Part shown: positions 49,501-62,188 of the stretch, piece after piece
How positions within the stretch are numbered: the first letter of the stretch is position 1
Layout of the letters: every line of letters starts with the position of its first letter
Assembly (NCBI RefSeq): GCF_963921235.1
Contig: NC_086108.1
Coordinates: 110,362,001 to 110,426,000 of the forward strand
DNA length: 64,000 nucleotides
Direction of reading: 5' to 3'
Source of the DNA: Mobula hypostoma
Lineage: Eukaryota
Position numbers and translations under genes: made by a program
Notes under the pieces: generated by a model
Told to the model about the DNA's origin: nothing
Seen by the model: the letters and a program-made list of their open reading frames with translations, nothing else
Database searches by the model: none

Positions 49501-49861
49501 TCTCGTCTGAGCCCTTCCTCTGCCAGAAGAAGGTATAGTCTCTTTCACGTAGGGTTCCCAATTCTGCGAGACGTGCCTCTTGAAGCATTGCGATGTCCAC
49601 TTGGAGTCTTAACAGTTCATTGTTAATCACTGCTGTCTTGCGTGTGTCACTGATCTTCCGAAGGTCATCTGATATACCAGTGGTCATGGTCCGTATATTC
49701 CAGCATCCTAGTCTGAGTGCTGGCTTCTATCTTTGTCTTCTAGTTGTGCCTGGTGCAGCGTTTACAGTCCACAGTTCAGGCTACTTGTATCCCTAAGCCC
49801 CACGCACCCAGTGGAGCGAGCAGACTGTGGCGGGACAGCACCTAATTGGCTGGGGGCTGTT
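46509..49861 (-). mobile_element. RTE-clade LINE, essentially complete, with a few frameshifts and stops
   Basis: APE endonuclease (GCWNIRTM, GVGFAV, GDFNARVG, TDHSLV) and RT (FIDLTKAFD, KQGCVLAP, LFADD). 7-bp TSD AGCAATT at 46502-08 and 49862-68. 3' stem-loop GTCTC-GT-GAGAC at 46523-34. Confidence 0.92.
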
Positions 49862-49928
49862 AGCAATTAGAGCTTCACATATTAAAGTCTTAATGTTAAT
49901 TTGATTCATATCCATTAACTTCAAGTTA

Positions 49929-50812
49929 GACCATAAGATGTAAGAGCAGAATTAGGCCATTGACCCACGAAGTCTGTTCCGTCATTTCATCATGGCTGAT
50001 TCATTTCCCTCTCCCAATCTCCTGCCTTCACCACGTAACCTTTGACACCCTTACTAATCAAGATCCCATCAACATCTGCTTTAAATATACTCAATGACTT
50101 GGCCACCACAACCTCAAGTGGCAACAAATTCCACAGATTCACTGCCTTCCGGCTAAAGAAATTCCTCCTCATTTCCAATCTAAATGGACATCCCTCCATT
50201 CGGAGGCTGTGCCCTCTGGCACTTGACTCCCCCACCAAAGGAAACAACCTCTTTACATCTACTCAATCTAGGCCTTTCAACATCCAGTAGGTTTCAGTAA
50301 GACTCCCCCTCCCCCATTCTATTAAATTCCAGCAAGTACAAGCCGAGAGCCTTCAAGCAGTAAGCATACGATAACTCTCTCGTTCCCGGAATCATTCTCG
50401 TGAACCTCCTCCAATATCAGCACATCCCTTCCGAAACCAGGGGCCCAAAACAGCTCACAATCCTCACCAGTGCCCTTATGCAGCCTCAACATTACTTCAG
50501 AAACAAGAGAAAATCTGCAGATGCTGGAAATCCAAGCAACACACACAAAATGCTGGAGGAACTCAGCAGGCCAGGCAGCATCTTTGGAAAAGCGTACAGT
50601 CGACGTTTCAAGCCGAGACCCTTTAGCAGGAAACTGAAGGGTCTCGGCCTGAAACGGCAACTGTACTCTTTCCAGTAGATGCTGCTTGGCCTGCTGAGTT
50701 CCTCTGGCATTTGTGTGTGTTGCTCACCATTACTTCCTTGCTTTTATATTTCTAGTCCTCTTGATATGAATGCTAACATTGCATTCGCCTTCCTCACTAC
50801 CAATTCAACCTG
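49929..50812 (-). mobile_element. Old CR1 3' fragment, split by the palindromic element at 50499-50722
   Basis: MFPLVGES.ARGHSLRMEG..RRNFFS..VNLWN. Confidence 0.8.
50499..50722. mobile_element. Palindromic Penelope-derived element with two degenerate hammerhead arms
   Basis: Inverted arms of about 90 bp. 14-bp TSD CTCA(A/C)CATTACTTC at 50485-98 and 50723-36. Confidence 0.78.
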
Positions 50813-52164
50813 TGAAGTAAGACAGGGATGTTAAAAGATAGAGATTAGCTTTATTTGTCACAAGTACATCAAAAGATAGAGTGAAATGTGTCATTTTGTG
50901 TCAAATCAAAGTTCAAAGTAAATTTATTATCAAAATAAGTATATACTATCATATACAATCCTGAGGGTCATTTTCTTTGGGCATTCACAATAGACATAAA
51001 GAAATATAATAGGATCGCTGAAAAACTAAACACAAAGACTGAAACACAGCCAATGTGAAAAAGAAAACAAACTCTGCTAATACAAAAGAAACAGTTAATA
51101 GTGCCTCTTCCTAGAGATGCTGCCTGGCCTGCTGCATTCACCAGCAACTTTGATGTGTGTTGCAGATAATAATGTAAATAAATAATACTGAGAACGAGTT
51201 ATAGAGTGTTGAAAGTGAGTCTAAAGGATGTGGAATCAGTTCCGTGTTAAGGGAAGGTAGTTATCTGCTCTGCTTCAGGAGCCAGATGGCTGTAGGGTAA
51301 TAACTGTTCCTGAATCTGGCAGTATTGGACCTAAGGTTCCTTGAACCTCCTGCCCACAAATCAGCAAGGACATGTTGGGTGTAGCCCGAGGTGTGTCGCT
51401 GTGCTACTGGTGCCACCACAGCAGGCCCACAACTCACTAATCCTAACCCTAACCCGTACTCTCTAATTCTAATGTGTAATATCAACCCTGACTTTCGGTT
51501 ACAGCAGGAGTTCCCAGCCACTTGCTTAATGGTATAGGTCCATGGCGTAAAAAAAGGTTGGAAATGCCTGGGTAAGCGTCACTCCATTAAAGATAAGGGT
51601 TAGTTTTATTTATCACATGTACATGCAGAAAATATGCTGTTTGTGTCAACGACCAACACAGTGTGACGATGTGCTGGGGGCCGCCCATCTGTGTCGCCAT
51701 GTTTCTGACGTCAACATAGCGAGCTCACAACTCACAAATCCTAACCTGCACATCTTTACAGTATGGGAGAAAACTGGAACTCCTGGAGGAAAGCCCACTC
51801 GGTCACAGGGAGAACGTACAAACTCCTTTCAGATAGCAGAGTGGATGGAACCTGCATCATGATTATTGGTTCATGAATCTTACGCTAACAGTTTTGCTAC
51901 TGTACTCCCCTGTTGGCATTCAATTCCTTTAGGGAGGGGAATAAATATGCTTTGATTAGGTCAGCACTTTGTGACTGCTATTCCACACCAGTGAAACTTT
52001 AAACATTCTTGAGTGACCCAAGAGGCCATCCAATTCATGCCAAACTGCTTGAAAAGGCAACTGTAAATTCTTCTGGAGTCATCGCACTCCACTCTGCCCT
52101 GCTTTATTTTAGACATTCCATAAAGGTTCAAAGTAAATTTATTATCACAGTGCATTGGTCCATG

Positions 52165-52591
52165 TACTCAGTAGCCTTTTTATTAGGTACAGGAGTGGAA
52201 TCCGCTGTGGCCTTCTGCTGTTGTAGCACCCCCCCACTTCAATGTCTTGTGCATTCAGAGATGGTCTTCGGCACCACTGTTCTAACGCATGGTTACTTGA
52301 GTTACTATTACCTTTCTGTCACATTTTACCACTCTGGCCAGTCTCCTTTGACCTCTCTCATTAACAAGCTGTTTTCTCCCACAGAACTGCCAGTCAAAGG
52401 ATGTTTTTTTTGTTTCTTGCACCATTCTCTGTAAATTGTCATAGTCACTTAGATCATACTTCTTCCCCATTCTGATGTCTGCTCTGAACGACTGAGACTT
52501 TTGACCATGTCCACATTGAGTTCCTGTCACACGATCAGCTGATTAGACACTTGCATTAACGAGGTGTGCCTAATAAAATGGCCACTGAGTG
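52165..52591. mobile_element. Tc1-derived MITE; a related copy lies at about 9130-9670
   Basis: TIRs (c/t)ACTCAGTAGCCTTTTTATTAGG / CCTAATAAAATGGCCACTGAGTG followed by TA. Internal sequence is shared with 9180-9670. Confidence 0.7.
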
Positions 52592-53106
52592 TATGTTACC
52601 ATGCACAATTCCTTGACACATTTTCTTGCAGGCACTTACAGGAAACATAAAAGAAATTCAATAAAATCTATGAAAGACCAGACGTAAAGAATATCAAACA
52701 AAAGATGACAACTGCAAATAAACAAAATACTGAGAACATGTGGTGTAAAGAATCCTTGGAAATGAGTCTGTAGTTTGTAGAATCAGTTTGGAGTACTGCT
52801 GAGTGAAATTATCCACATTGGTTCAGGAGCCTGATGGTCATAGGGTAATAACTGTTCCTAAACCGGGTGGTGTGGGACCTAATGCTTCTGTACCTCGTAC
52901 CCAATGATGGTAGTGAGAAGAGAACATGGCCAGGATGGTGAGGGATCTTGATAATGGATGCTGCATTCTTAAGGCAGTGCTCCTTGTGGATGTTCTCAGT
53001 GGTGGGGAGGGGTTTGCCTGTGATGGACTGGGCTGCAGCTATCACTTTCCGTAGCCTTTTCTGTTCCTAGGCATTGTGCTCCCATACCAGGACATGATGC
53101 AACCAG

Positions 53107-53726
53107 TTATGATTATGAAGACACGTAGTCCTCTTTTATTGTCATTTAGTAATGCATGCATTAAGAAATGATACATTATTTCCACCGGTGTGATATCACA
53201 AAACACAGGACAAACCAAGACTGAAAAAACTGACAAAAGCACATAATTATAACATATAGTTACAACAGTGCAACAATACCACAACTTGATGAAGAAGTCC
53301 GTGAGCACAGTAAAGTTCAAAGTCTCTCAAATGTCCCACATCTCACGCAGACGGGAGAAGGAAGAAAAACTCTCCCTGCCATGCCCGACCACAATCCGAC
53401 TCTGAGTCATCCGAAAACTTCGAGCTCTGATCAGCTGTCCGACACCGAGTACTGAGCGCCATCTCTGTCCGAACGATTCGATCTCCTTCTTGGTCGCCAA
53501 AAGCAGGCAAGGCCGGGGATTTTGAGGCCTACCCGCCGAAAGATTCCGGACCACGCAGTAACGACAGCAGCGGACGGGCATTTCAGAAATTTCTCCAGAT
53601 GTTCCTCAGTGCTTTCATGTCCATTCTCCATCAAATGAGAATTGTCCACGGCCCCTATTTAACAGATACGATATCATTTTTCACCGGAGGGCTGCGCACG
53701 CATGGCACGCCGCCATCTTCTCCTCC
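53107..53726 (-). mobile_element. Short non-coding LINE-derived (bipartite) element
   Basis: Minus strand starts GGAGGAGAAGATGGCGGCG, has a CpG-rich body, and ends AATAAAAGAGG..(TCATAA)n. Confidence 0.55.
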
Positions 53727-54115
53727 TGTCAACAACAGCAGAAGCCTATTCACTTTGTGATTCTGGTTTGCCATTTGTACGTGGTCTCTCTCTGCTGTTC
53801 CTCTGTGGTACTTTTCACTGTAGTACTAGCTGTGTTGTAAATTGCCAAGCCTATTGCATCCACCTTCACCCTTTCTTCACCACAGTCAAGTTCAAAGTAT
53901 CACAGGTTTCTGAGGTCAAGCTAACTGGCCTAAAATTCCTTTCTTCTGCTCCCAGAGTAGAATGACGTTTGTAATATTACTGTCCTCCAGTCCACAATCT
54001 AGTCATTCTTGAAAGATCACAACTAATGCCTCCACAATCTTTTCAGCTACTTCAGAACCCTAGGGTGTACTCCATCTGGTCCAGGTGACTTATCTACCTT
54101 CAGACCTTTTGACTT

Positions 54116-57100
54116 CCATATAACCATATAACAATTACAGCATGGAAACAGGCCATCTCAGCCCTTCTAGTCCATGCTGAACGCTTACTCTCACCTAGTC
54201 CCACCGACCTGCACTCAGCCCATAACCCTCCATTCCATTCCTATCCATATAGCTATCCAATTTTACTTTAAATGACAATATCAAACCTGCCTCTACCACT
54301 TCTACTGCAAGCTCATTCCACGCAGCTACCACTGTCTGAGTAAAGAAGTTGCCCCTCATGTTACCCCTAAACTTTTGCCCTTTAACTCTCAGCTCATGTT
54401 CTCTTGTTTGAATCTCCCCCACTCTCAATGGAAAAAGCCTATCCACGTCAACTCTATCTATCCACCTCATAATTTTAAATACCTCTATCAGGTCCCCCCT
54501 CAACCTTCTACGCTCCAAAGAATGAAGACACAACTTGTTCAACCTTTCTCTGTAACTTAGGTGATGAAATCCAGGTAACATTCTAGTAAATCTTATCTGT
54601 ACTCTCTCTATTTTGTTGACATCTTTCCTATAATTAGGTGACCAGAACTGTACACAATACTCCAATTTTGGCCATACCAATGCCTTGTACAATCTTAACA
54701 TTACATCCCAACTCCTATACTCAATGCTCTGATTTATACAGGCCAGCTTACCAAAAGCTTTCTTCACCACCCTATCCACATGAGATTCCACCTTCAGGGA
54801 ACTATGCACCATTATTTCTGGATCTCTCTGTTCTACTGCATTCTTCAATGCCCTACCATTTACCATGTATGACCTATTTTGATTAGTCCTACCAAAATGT
54901 AGCACCTCACACTTATCAGCATTAAACTTCCATCTGCCATCTTTCAGTCCACTCTTCTAACTGGCCTAAATCTCTCTGCAAGCTTTGAGAACCTACTTCA
55001 TTATCCACAACGCCACCTATCTTAGTATCATCTGCATACTTACTAATCCAATTTACCACCCCATCATCCAGATCATTAATGTATATGACAAACAACATTG
55101 GACCCAGTACAGATCCCTGAGGCACACCACTAGTCACCGGCCTCCAATCTGACAAACAGTCATCCACCACTACTCTCTGGCATCTCCCATCCAGCCACTG
55201 CTGAATCCATTTTACTACTTCAATATTAATACCTAACGATTGAACTTTCCTAACTAACCTTCCGTGTGGAACCTTGTCAAAGGCCTAACTGAAGTCCATA
55301 TAGACAACATCCTCATCAACTTTCCTAGTAACCTCTTCAAAAAATTCAATAAGATTTTTCAAACATGACCTTTCACACACAAATCCATGTTGACTGTTCC
55401 TAATCAGACCCTGTCTATTCAGATAATTATATATATCATCTCTAAGAATACTTTCCATTAATTTACCCACCACTGACGTCAAACTCACAGGCCGATAATT
55501 GCAAGGTTTACTCTTAGAACCCTTTTTAAACAATGGAACAACATGAGCAATACACCAATCCTTTGGCACCACCTCCGTTTCTAATGACATTTGAAATATT
55601 TCTGTCAGACCCCCTGCTATTTCTACACTAACTTCCCTCAAGGTCCAAGGGAATATCCTGTCAGGACCCGGAGACTTATCCACTTTTATATTCCTTAAAA
55701 GCGCCAATACTTCCTCTTCTTTAATCATCATAGTTTCCATAACTTCCTGACCTGTTTCCCTTACCTTACACAATTCAATATCCTTCTCCTTAGTGAATAC
55801 CGAAGAAAAGAAATTGTTCAAAATCTCCCCCATCTCTTTTGGTTCCACACATAGCTGTCCACTCTGATTCTCTGAGGGACCAATTTTATCCCTCACTATC
55901 CTTTTGCTATTAATATAACTGTAGAAATCCTTGGGATTTATTTTCACCTTACTTGCCAAAGCAACCTTGTATTTTCTTTTAGCTTTTCAAATTTCTTTCT
56001 TAAGATTCCTTTTACATTCTTTATATTCGTCGAGCACCTTATTTACTCCATGCTGCCTATATTTATTGTAGATATCTCTCTTTTTCCGAACCAAGTTTCC
56101 AATATCCCTTGAAAATCATGGCTCTCTCAAACTTTTAACCTTTCTTTTCAACCTAACAGGAACATAAAGATTCTGTACCCTCAAAATTTCACCTTTAAAT
56201 GACCTCCATTTCTCTATTACATCCTTCCCATAAAACAAATTGTCCCAATCCACTCCTTCTAAATCCTTTTGCATCTCCTTAAAGTTAGCCTTTCTCCAAT
56301 CAAAAATTTCAACCCCGGGTCCAGATCTATCCTTCTCCAGAATTATATTGAAACTAATGATATTGTGATCACTGGACCCAAAGTGCTCCCCAACACATAC
56401 CTCCATCACCTGCCCTATCTCATTCCCTAACAGGAGATCCAACACTGCCCCTTCTCTAGTTGCTACCTCTATGTATTGCTGCAAAAAACTATCCTGCACA
56501 CATTTTACAAACTCCAAACCATTCAGCCCTTTTACAGAATGGGCTTCCCAGTCTATGTGTGGAAAATTAAAATCTCCCGCAATCACAACCTTGTGCTGAC
56601 TACAAATATCTGCTATCTCCTTACAAATTTGCTCCTCCAATTCTTGCTCCCCATTGGGTGGTCTATAAGTGTTACTACACCTTTCCCATTCCTCAATTCC
56701 ACCCAAATAGCCCTCTTATCTATCCTGCCAAAGCACCGCTGTAATATTTTCTCTGACAGGCAATACAACACCTCCCCCTCTAGTCCCTCCAATTCTATCA
56801 CACCTGAAGCAACGAAATCCAGGAATATTTAGTTGCCAATCACACCCCTCCTGCAACCAAGTTTCACTAATAGCTACAACATCATTCTTCCAGGTATCAA
56901 TCCATGCTCTAAGCTCATCCACCTTTCTTTCAATGCTCCTTGCATTAAAATAAATGCATTTAAGATATTTTCCACCCCTTACTCTCTGTTTGTCACTAAC
57001 GGTGCAAACAACTTTACTATCTCCTTTTTCTTCTTTCTCCCCTACATCTGTTCCTACACTCTGTTTCCCCTCCCCCCTTGTATCTAGTTTAAATCCACTG

Positions 57101-57400
57101 GAGCGTCTCCAGCAAACCTACCCGCAAGAATATTTGTCCCCCTCCAGTTCAGATGTAAACCGTCCCACCAGAACAGGTCCCACCTTCCCTGGAAATCTGC
57201 CCAATTATCTATAAATGTGAAGCCCTCCCTCTTGCAACAAGTCTTCAGCTACGTGTTGATCTGTGCTATCTTACTATTTCTAAACCCGCCTGCACGTGGC
57301 ACTGGTAACAATCCTGAGATTACTATCCTGGAGGTCCTGTCCTTTAACTTGGCGCCTAACTCCCTAACCTCACCTTTCAGAACCTCCTGAGTCTTCCCTT
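54116..57400 (-). mobile_element. CR1 LINE with complete but broken ORF2 and the C-terminus of an SGNH-esterase ORF1
   Basis: ORF2 fragments 56922-54195 (SETWL, GDFNFP, GVPQGSVLGP, KYADD). About 57084-57370 translates as VISGLLPVP..DGLHLN..LN*. 3' tail (ttatatgg)n. Confidence 0.9.
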
Positions 57401-57515
57401 TCAGCTTTTAGCCTACTCAATGATCAATCTAACCCTCCCCAGTCATAAAACCACCAGAGGGGCTGAACAGCCTCTTACTCTCTTCTTCCATATTCTTCTG
57501 GTTCTCTCCCTAACA

Positions 57516-59134
57516 GGATGAATGCAAAGGATGTGCTGGAGATTTTGGAAGGCATCAAGCTGGATAAGTTGCCAGGACCGGATGAGGTGTACCCCAGGCT
57601 ACTGTGGGAGGCGAGGAAGGAGATTTCTGAGCCTCTGGCGATGATCTTTGCATCATCAATGGGAACGAGAGAGGTTCCAGAGGTTTGGGTGGTTGCAAAT
57701 GTTGTTCCTTTATTCAAGAAAGGGAGTAGAGATAGCCCAGGAAATTATAGACCAGTGAGTCTTACCTCAGTGGTTGGTAAGTTGATAGAGAAGATTCTGA
57801 GAGGCAGGATTTATGAACATTTGGAGAAGTATAATATGATTAGGAGTAGTCAGCATGGCTTTGTCAAGGTCAGGTCGTGCCTTACGAGCCTGATTGAATT
57901 TTTTGAGGATGTGACTAAACACATTGATGAAGATAGAGCAGTAGATGTAGTGTATATGGATTTCAGCAAGGCATTCGATAAGGTACCCCATGCAAGGCTT
58001 ATTGAGAAAGTAAGGAGGCATGGGATCTAAGGGGACATTGCTTTGTGGATCCAGAACTGGCTTGCTCATAGAAGGCAACAAGTGGATGCAGACAGGTCAT
58101 ATTCTGCATGGAGGTCGGTGACCAGTGGTGTGCCTCAGGAATCTGTTCTGGGACCCTTACTCTTCATGATTTTTATAAATGACCTGGATGAGGAAGTGGA
58201 GGGATGGATTAATAAGTTTGCTGAAGATACAAAGATTGGGGAGTGTTGTGGATAGTGGGGAGGGCTGTCTGAGATTACAGCGGGACTTGGATAGGATGCA
58301 AAACTGGGCTGAGAAATAGCAGATAGAGTTCAATCCAGATAAGTATGAAGTGCTTCATTTTGAGAGGTCAGATATGATGGCAGAATATAGTATTAATGGT
58401 AAGACTCTTGGCAGTGTGGAGGATCAGAGGAATCTTGGGGTCCAAGTTCATAGGACGCTCAAAGCAGCTGCGCAGGTTGACTCTGTGGTTAAGAAGGCAT
58501 ACGGTGTACTGGCCTTCATCAATCGTGGAATTGAATTTAGGAGCCGAGGGGTATTGTTGTAGCTATATAGGACCCTGGTCAGACCCCACTTGGAGTACTG
58601 TGGTCAGTTCTGGTCGCCTCACTACAGGAAGGATGTGGAAGCCATAGAAAGGGTGCAGAGGAGATTTACAAGGATGTTGCCTGGATTGGGGAGCATGCCT
58701 TATGAGAATAGGTTGAGTGAACGCGGCCTTTTCTCCTTGGAGCGATGGAGGATGAGAGGTGACCTGATAGAGGTGTATAAGATGATGAGAGGCATTGATC
58801 GTGTGGATAGTCAGAGGCTTTTTCCCAGGGCTGAAATGGTTGCCACAAGAGGACACAGGTTTAAGGTGCTGGGGAGTAGGTACAGAGGAGATGTCAGGGT
58901 TAAGTTTTTTACTCAGAGAGTGGTGAGTGCGTGGAATGGGCTGCTGGTAACGGTGGTGGAGGTGGATACGATAGGGTATTTTAAGAGACTTTTAGATAGG
59001 TACATGGAGCTTAGTAAAATAGAGAGCTATAGGTAAGCCTAGTAGTTTCTAAGGTAGGGACATGTTCAGCACAACTTTGTGGGCCAAAGGACCTGTATTG
59101 TGCTGTAGATTTTCTATGTTTCTACATTTCTATG
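57516..59134 (+). mobile_element. CR1 LINE, 5'-truncated RT region with (ttctatgt)-type tail
   Basis: ORFs 57518..59036 with NYRPVSLTS, DFSKAFDKV and FWSPHYRKD. Confidence 0.9.
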
Positions 59135-59967
59135 ATAGAATATAACATAGAATAGTACAGGCCCTTCAGCCCATAATGTTGTGCCAACTTTTTAACCTAC
59201 TCTGAGATCAATCTAATCCTTCCCTCCCACATAGCCCTCCATTTTTCTATCATCCATGTGCCTATCTAAGAGTCTCCTAAATCTCCCTCATGTATCTGCC
59301 TCTTCCGCCACTCGTGTCAGCACATCTCTCGCACCCACGAAACTTACCTCTGACATTCCCCCATATACTTTCTTCCAATCACTCATATTTGCAATCTCCA
59401 CCCTGGGCAAAAGTCTCTGGCTAGGCACGCTATCAAAGCCTCTTATTATCTGGTACACCTCTATCAATCACCTCCCATGCTCTTCACCTCAAATCTCTCA
59501 ATCTATCCTTGTAAGACACGCTCTCCAATCCAGGTAGAATCCTGATAAATCTCCTCTGCATCCTCTCTGAAGCTTCCACATCCTTCCTATAATGAGACCA
59601 CTAGAACTGAACACAATATCCCAGGTGTGATCTGACCAGGGTTTTACCTCGTGGCTTTTGAAATCAATCCCCTGACTAATGAAGGCCAACACACTATACA
59701 CCTTCTTAACCACCCTGTCATCTTGTGTGGCAACTCTGAGGGATCTATGGACATGGACTCCAAGGTCCCTCTGTTCCTCCACACTGCTAAGAATCCTACC
59801 ATTAACCTTGTTCTCTATCTTCAAGTTTGACCTTCCAAAGTGAATCACTTCACACTTTTCTGGGTTGAACTCCATCTGCCTCTTCTCAGCCCAGCTCTAC
59901 ATCGTGTAAATGTCCCATTGTAACTTACGACAACCTCCTACGCTCCACCAACCTTCCTGCCATCTGC
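59135..59967 (-). mobile_element. CR1 3' fragment, decayed
   Basis: MEFNPEKCEVIHFGR..QRDLGV. Tail abuts the tail of the previous element. Confidence 0.8.
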
Positions 59968-60728
59968 TGTTGTCTGACTGGTGTTCAGGCTTTGCTGATA
60001 CAAAGCAGCCGATACAACCACAACCCCTTGCAGATGTACCTGGAAATTGCAAAATTAATGAACTGTAGATGCTGGAAACAGAAATATAAACAGTAAATGA
60101 TGGAGGTGCTCAGCAAGTTAACCAGTATCAGAGAGAATTAACATTTCACATCTGTGACCTTTCATCAACACTAGAAAAAAATAATAACTCTATTTATAGA
60201 AAACTTTTCAGACAGATGATGCAGTTCAAAGTGCGTTACAATGGGATAAAGTGCAAACAGGAAAATAAAAGACAAAATTACTCAAATCAAAATTCACAGA
60301 TTGAAGATCGAGGTATATTTATAACATGTACATTGAAGCATACAGTGAAATCCTTAATGTTAGAAACACCCGGCATCTATGGATGGAGAAATGAGTTAAT
60401 AATAATAACTTTATTTATTGAGCACTTGTCATACAGATGATGTGTTCAAAGTGCTTTTCAATGGGAGAAAAGTACAAATATAAAAATAAGATTAAAATAA
60501 ACATGAAAATAAAAGACCAAAAGATGTCAGTTAAAAGCTAGGTTAAATAGATAGGTTTTGAGCTGGTGTAAGCATCAACTGAGTCTGCATCCCTTATACT
60601 CTTAGGTATTGAATTCTACAGTTTGGGAATGTGTGTTTCCAATTATCTTTTGAGGGAGATCGTTTAAATTTAAGGGACCGTCAGAAGAAGACCTGAGAGT
60701 TTGAGCAGGATTATAAAACGCAAACAAT

Positions 60729-62038
60729 TAGACCATAAGACAAAGGAGCAGAAGCCGGCCATTCGGCCCATTGAGTCTGCTCCGCCATTTTATCATGAGC
60801 TGATCCATTCTCCCATTTAGTCCCACTCCCCCGCCTTCTCACCATAACCTTTGATGCCCTGGCTACTCAGATACCTATCAATCTCTGCCTTAAATACACC
60901 CAATGACTTGGCCTCCACTGCTGCCCGTGGCAACAAATTCCATAGATTCACCACCCTCTGGCTAAAAAAATTTCTTCGCATTTCTGTTCTGAATGGGCGC
61001 CCTTCAATCCTTAAGTCATGCCCTCTCGTACTAGACTCCCCCATCACGGGAAACAACTTTGCCACATCCACTCTGTCCATGCCTTTCAACATTCGAAATG
61101 TTTCTACGAGGTCTCCCCTCATTCTTCTAAACTCCAAGGAATACAGTCCAAGAGCGGACAAACTTTCCTCATACGTTAACCCTCTCATTCCCGGAATCAT
61201 TCTAGTGAATCTTCTCTGTACCCTCTCCAACGTCAGCACATCCTTTTAAAGGGACCAAAACTGCCCACAGTACTCCAAGTGAGGTCTGACCAGTGCCTTA
61301 TAGAGCCTCAACATCACATCCCTGCTCCTATACTCTATTCCTCTAGAAATGAATGCCAACATTGCATTCGCCTTCTTCACCACCGACTCAACCTGGAGGT
61401 TAACCTTAAGGGTATCCTACACGAGGACTCCCAAGTCCCGTTGCATCTCAGAACTTTGAATTCTTTCCCCATTTAAATAATAGTCTGCCTGTTTATTACT
61501 TCTGCCAAAGTGCATAACCATACACTTTCCAACATTGTACTTCATTTGCCACTTCTTTGCCCATTCTTCCAATCTATCCAAGTCTCTCTGCAGACTCTCT
61601 ATTTCCTCAGCACTACCGGTCCCTCCACCTATCTTCGTATCCTCAGCAAACTTAGCCACAAAGCCATCTATTCCATAATCCAAATCGTTGATGTACAATG
61701 TAAAAAGAAGCGGCCCCAACACTGACCCCTGTGGAACACCACTGGTAACCGGCAGCCAACCAGAATAGGATCCCTTTATTCCCACTCTCTGTTTCCTGCC
61801 AATCAGCCAATGCTCTATCCACGTATGCAACTTTCCCGTGATTCCATGGGCTCTTATCTTGTTGAGTAGCCTCATGTGTGGCACCCTGTCAAAGGCCTTC
61901 TGAAAATCCAAATATACAACATCCACTGCATCTCCCTTGTCTAGCCTACTGGTAATTCCCTCAAAAAATTGTAATAGGTTTGTCAGGCAGGATTTTCCTT
62001 TAAGGAATCCATGCTGAGTTCTGCCTATCTTGTCATAT
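60729..62038 (-). mobile_element. CR1 3' fragment inserted in an older L2-like remnant (about 60400-60728 and 62040-62150)
   Basis: ORFs 61417..62145 and 60817..61239 (DFQKAFD, GVPQGSVLGP). Confidence 0.88.
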
Positions 62039-62188
62039 GTGATATAATTCTGTGATATAATCTGGTCCCGGACCATTAAGAGCTTTAAAATAAGTAAGAG
62101 ATCTTTAAAACCAATTCTAAAATAGTTTTTTAAAATTAAATACACTATTTACTTGATGGCAGGAAAAGAGGGAGAGCGCGTTGTTGAT

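Noticed and set aside
54116..59134. Single CR1 with a twin-priming inversion
   Set aside because: Both halves contain the same RT region and their own, different 3' tails, so they are independent insertions.
60178..60525. Local tandem duplication (about 60180-60280 vs 60400-60520)
   Set aside because: The copies are clearly diverged and look like two separate L2-type 3' tails.
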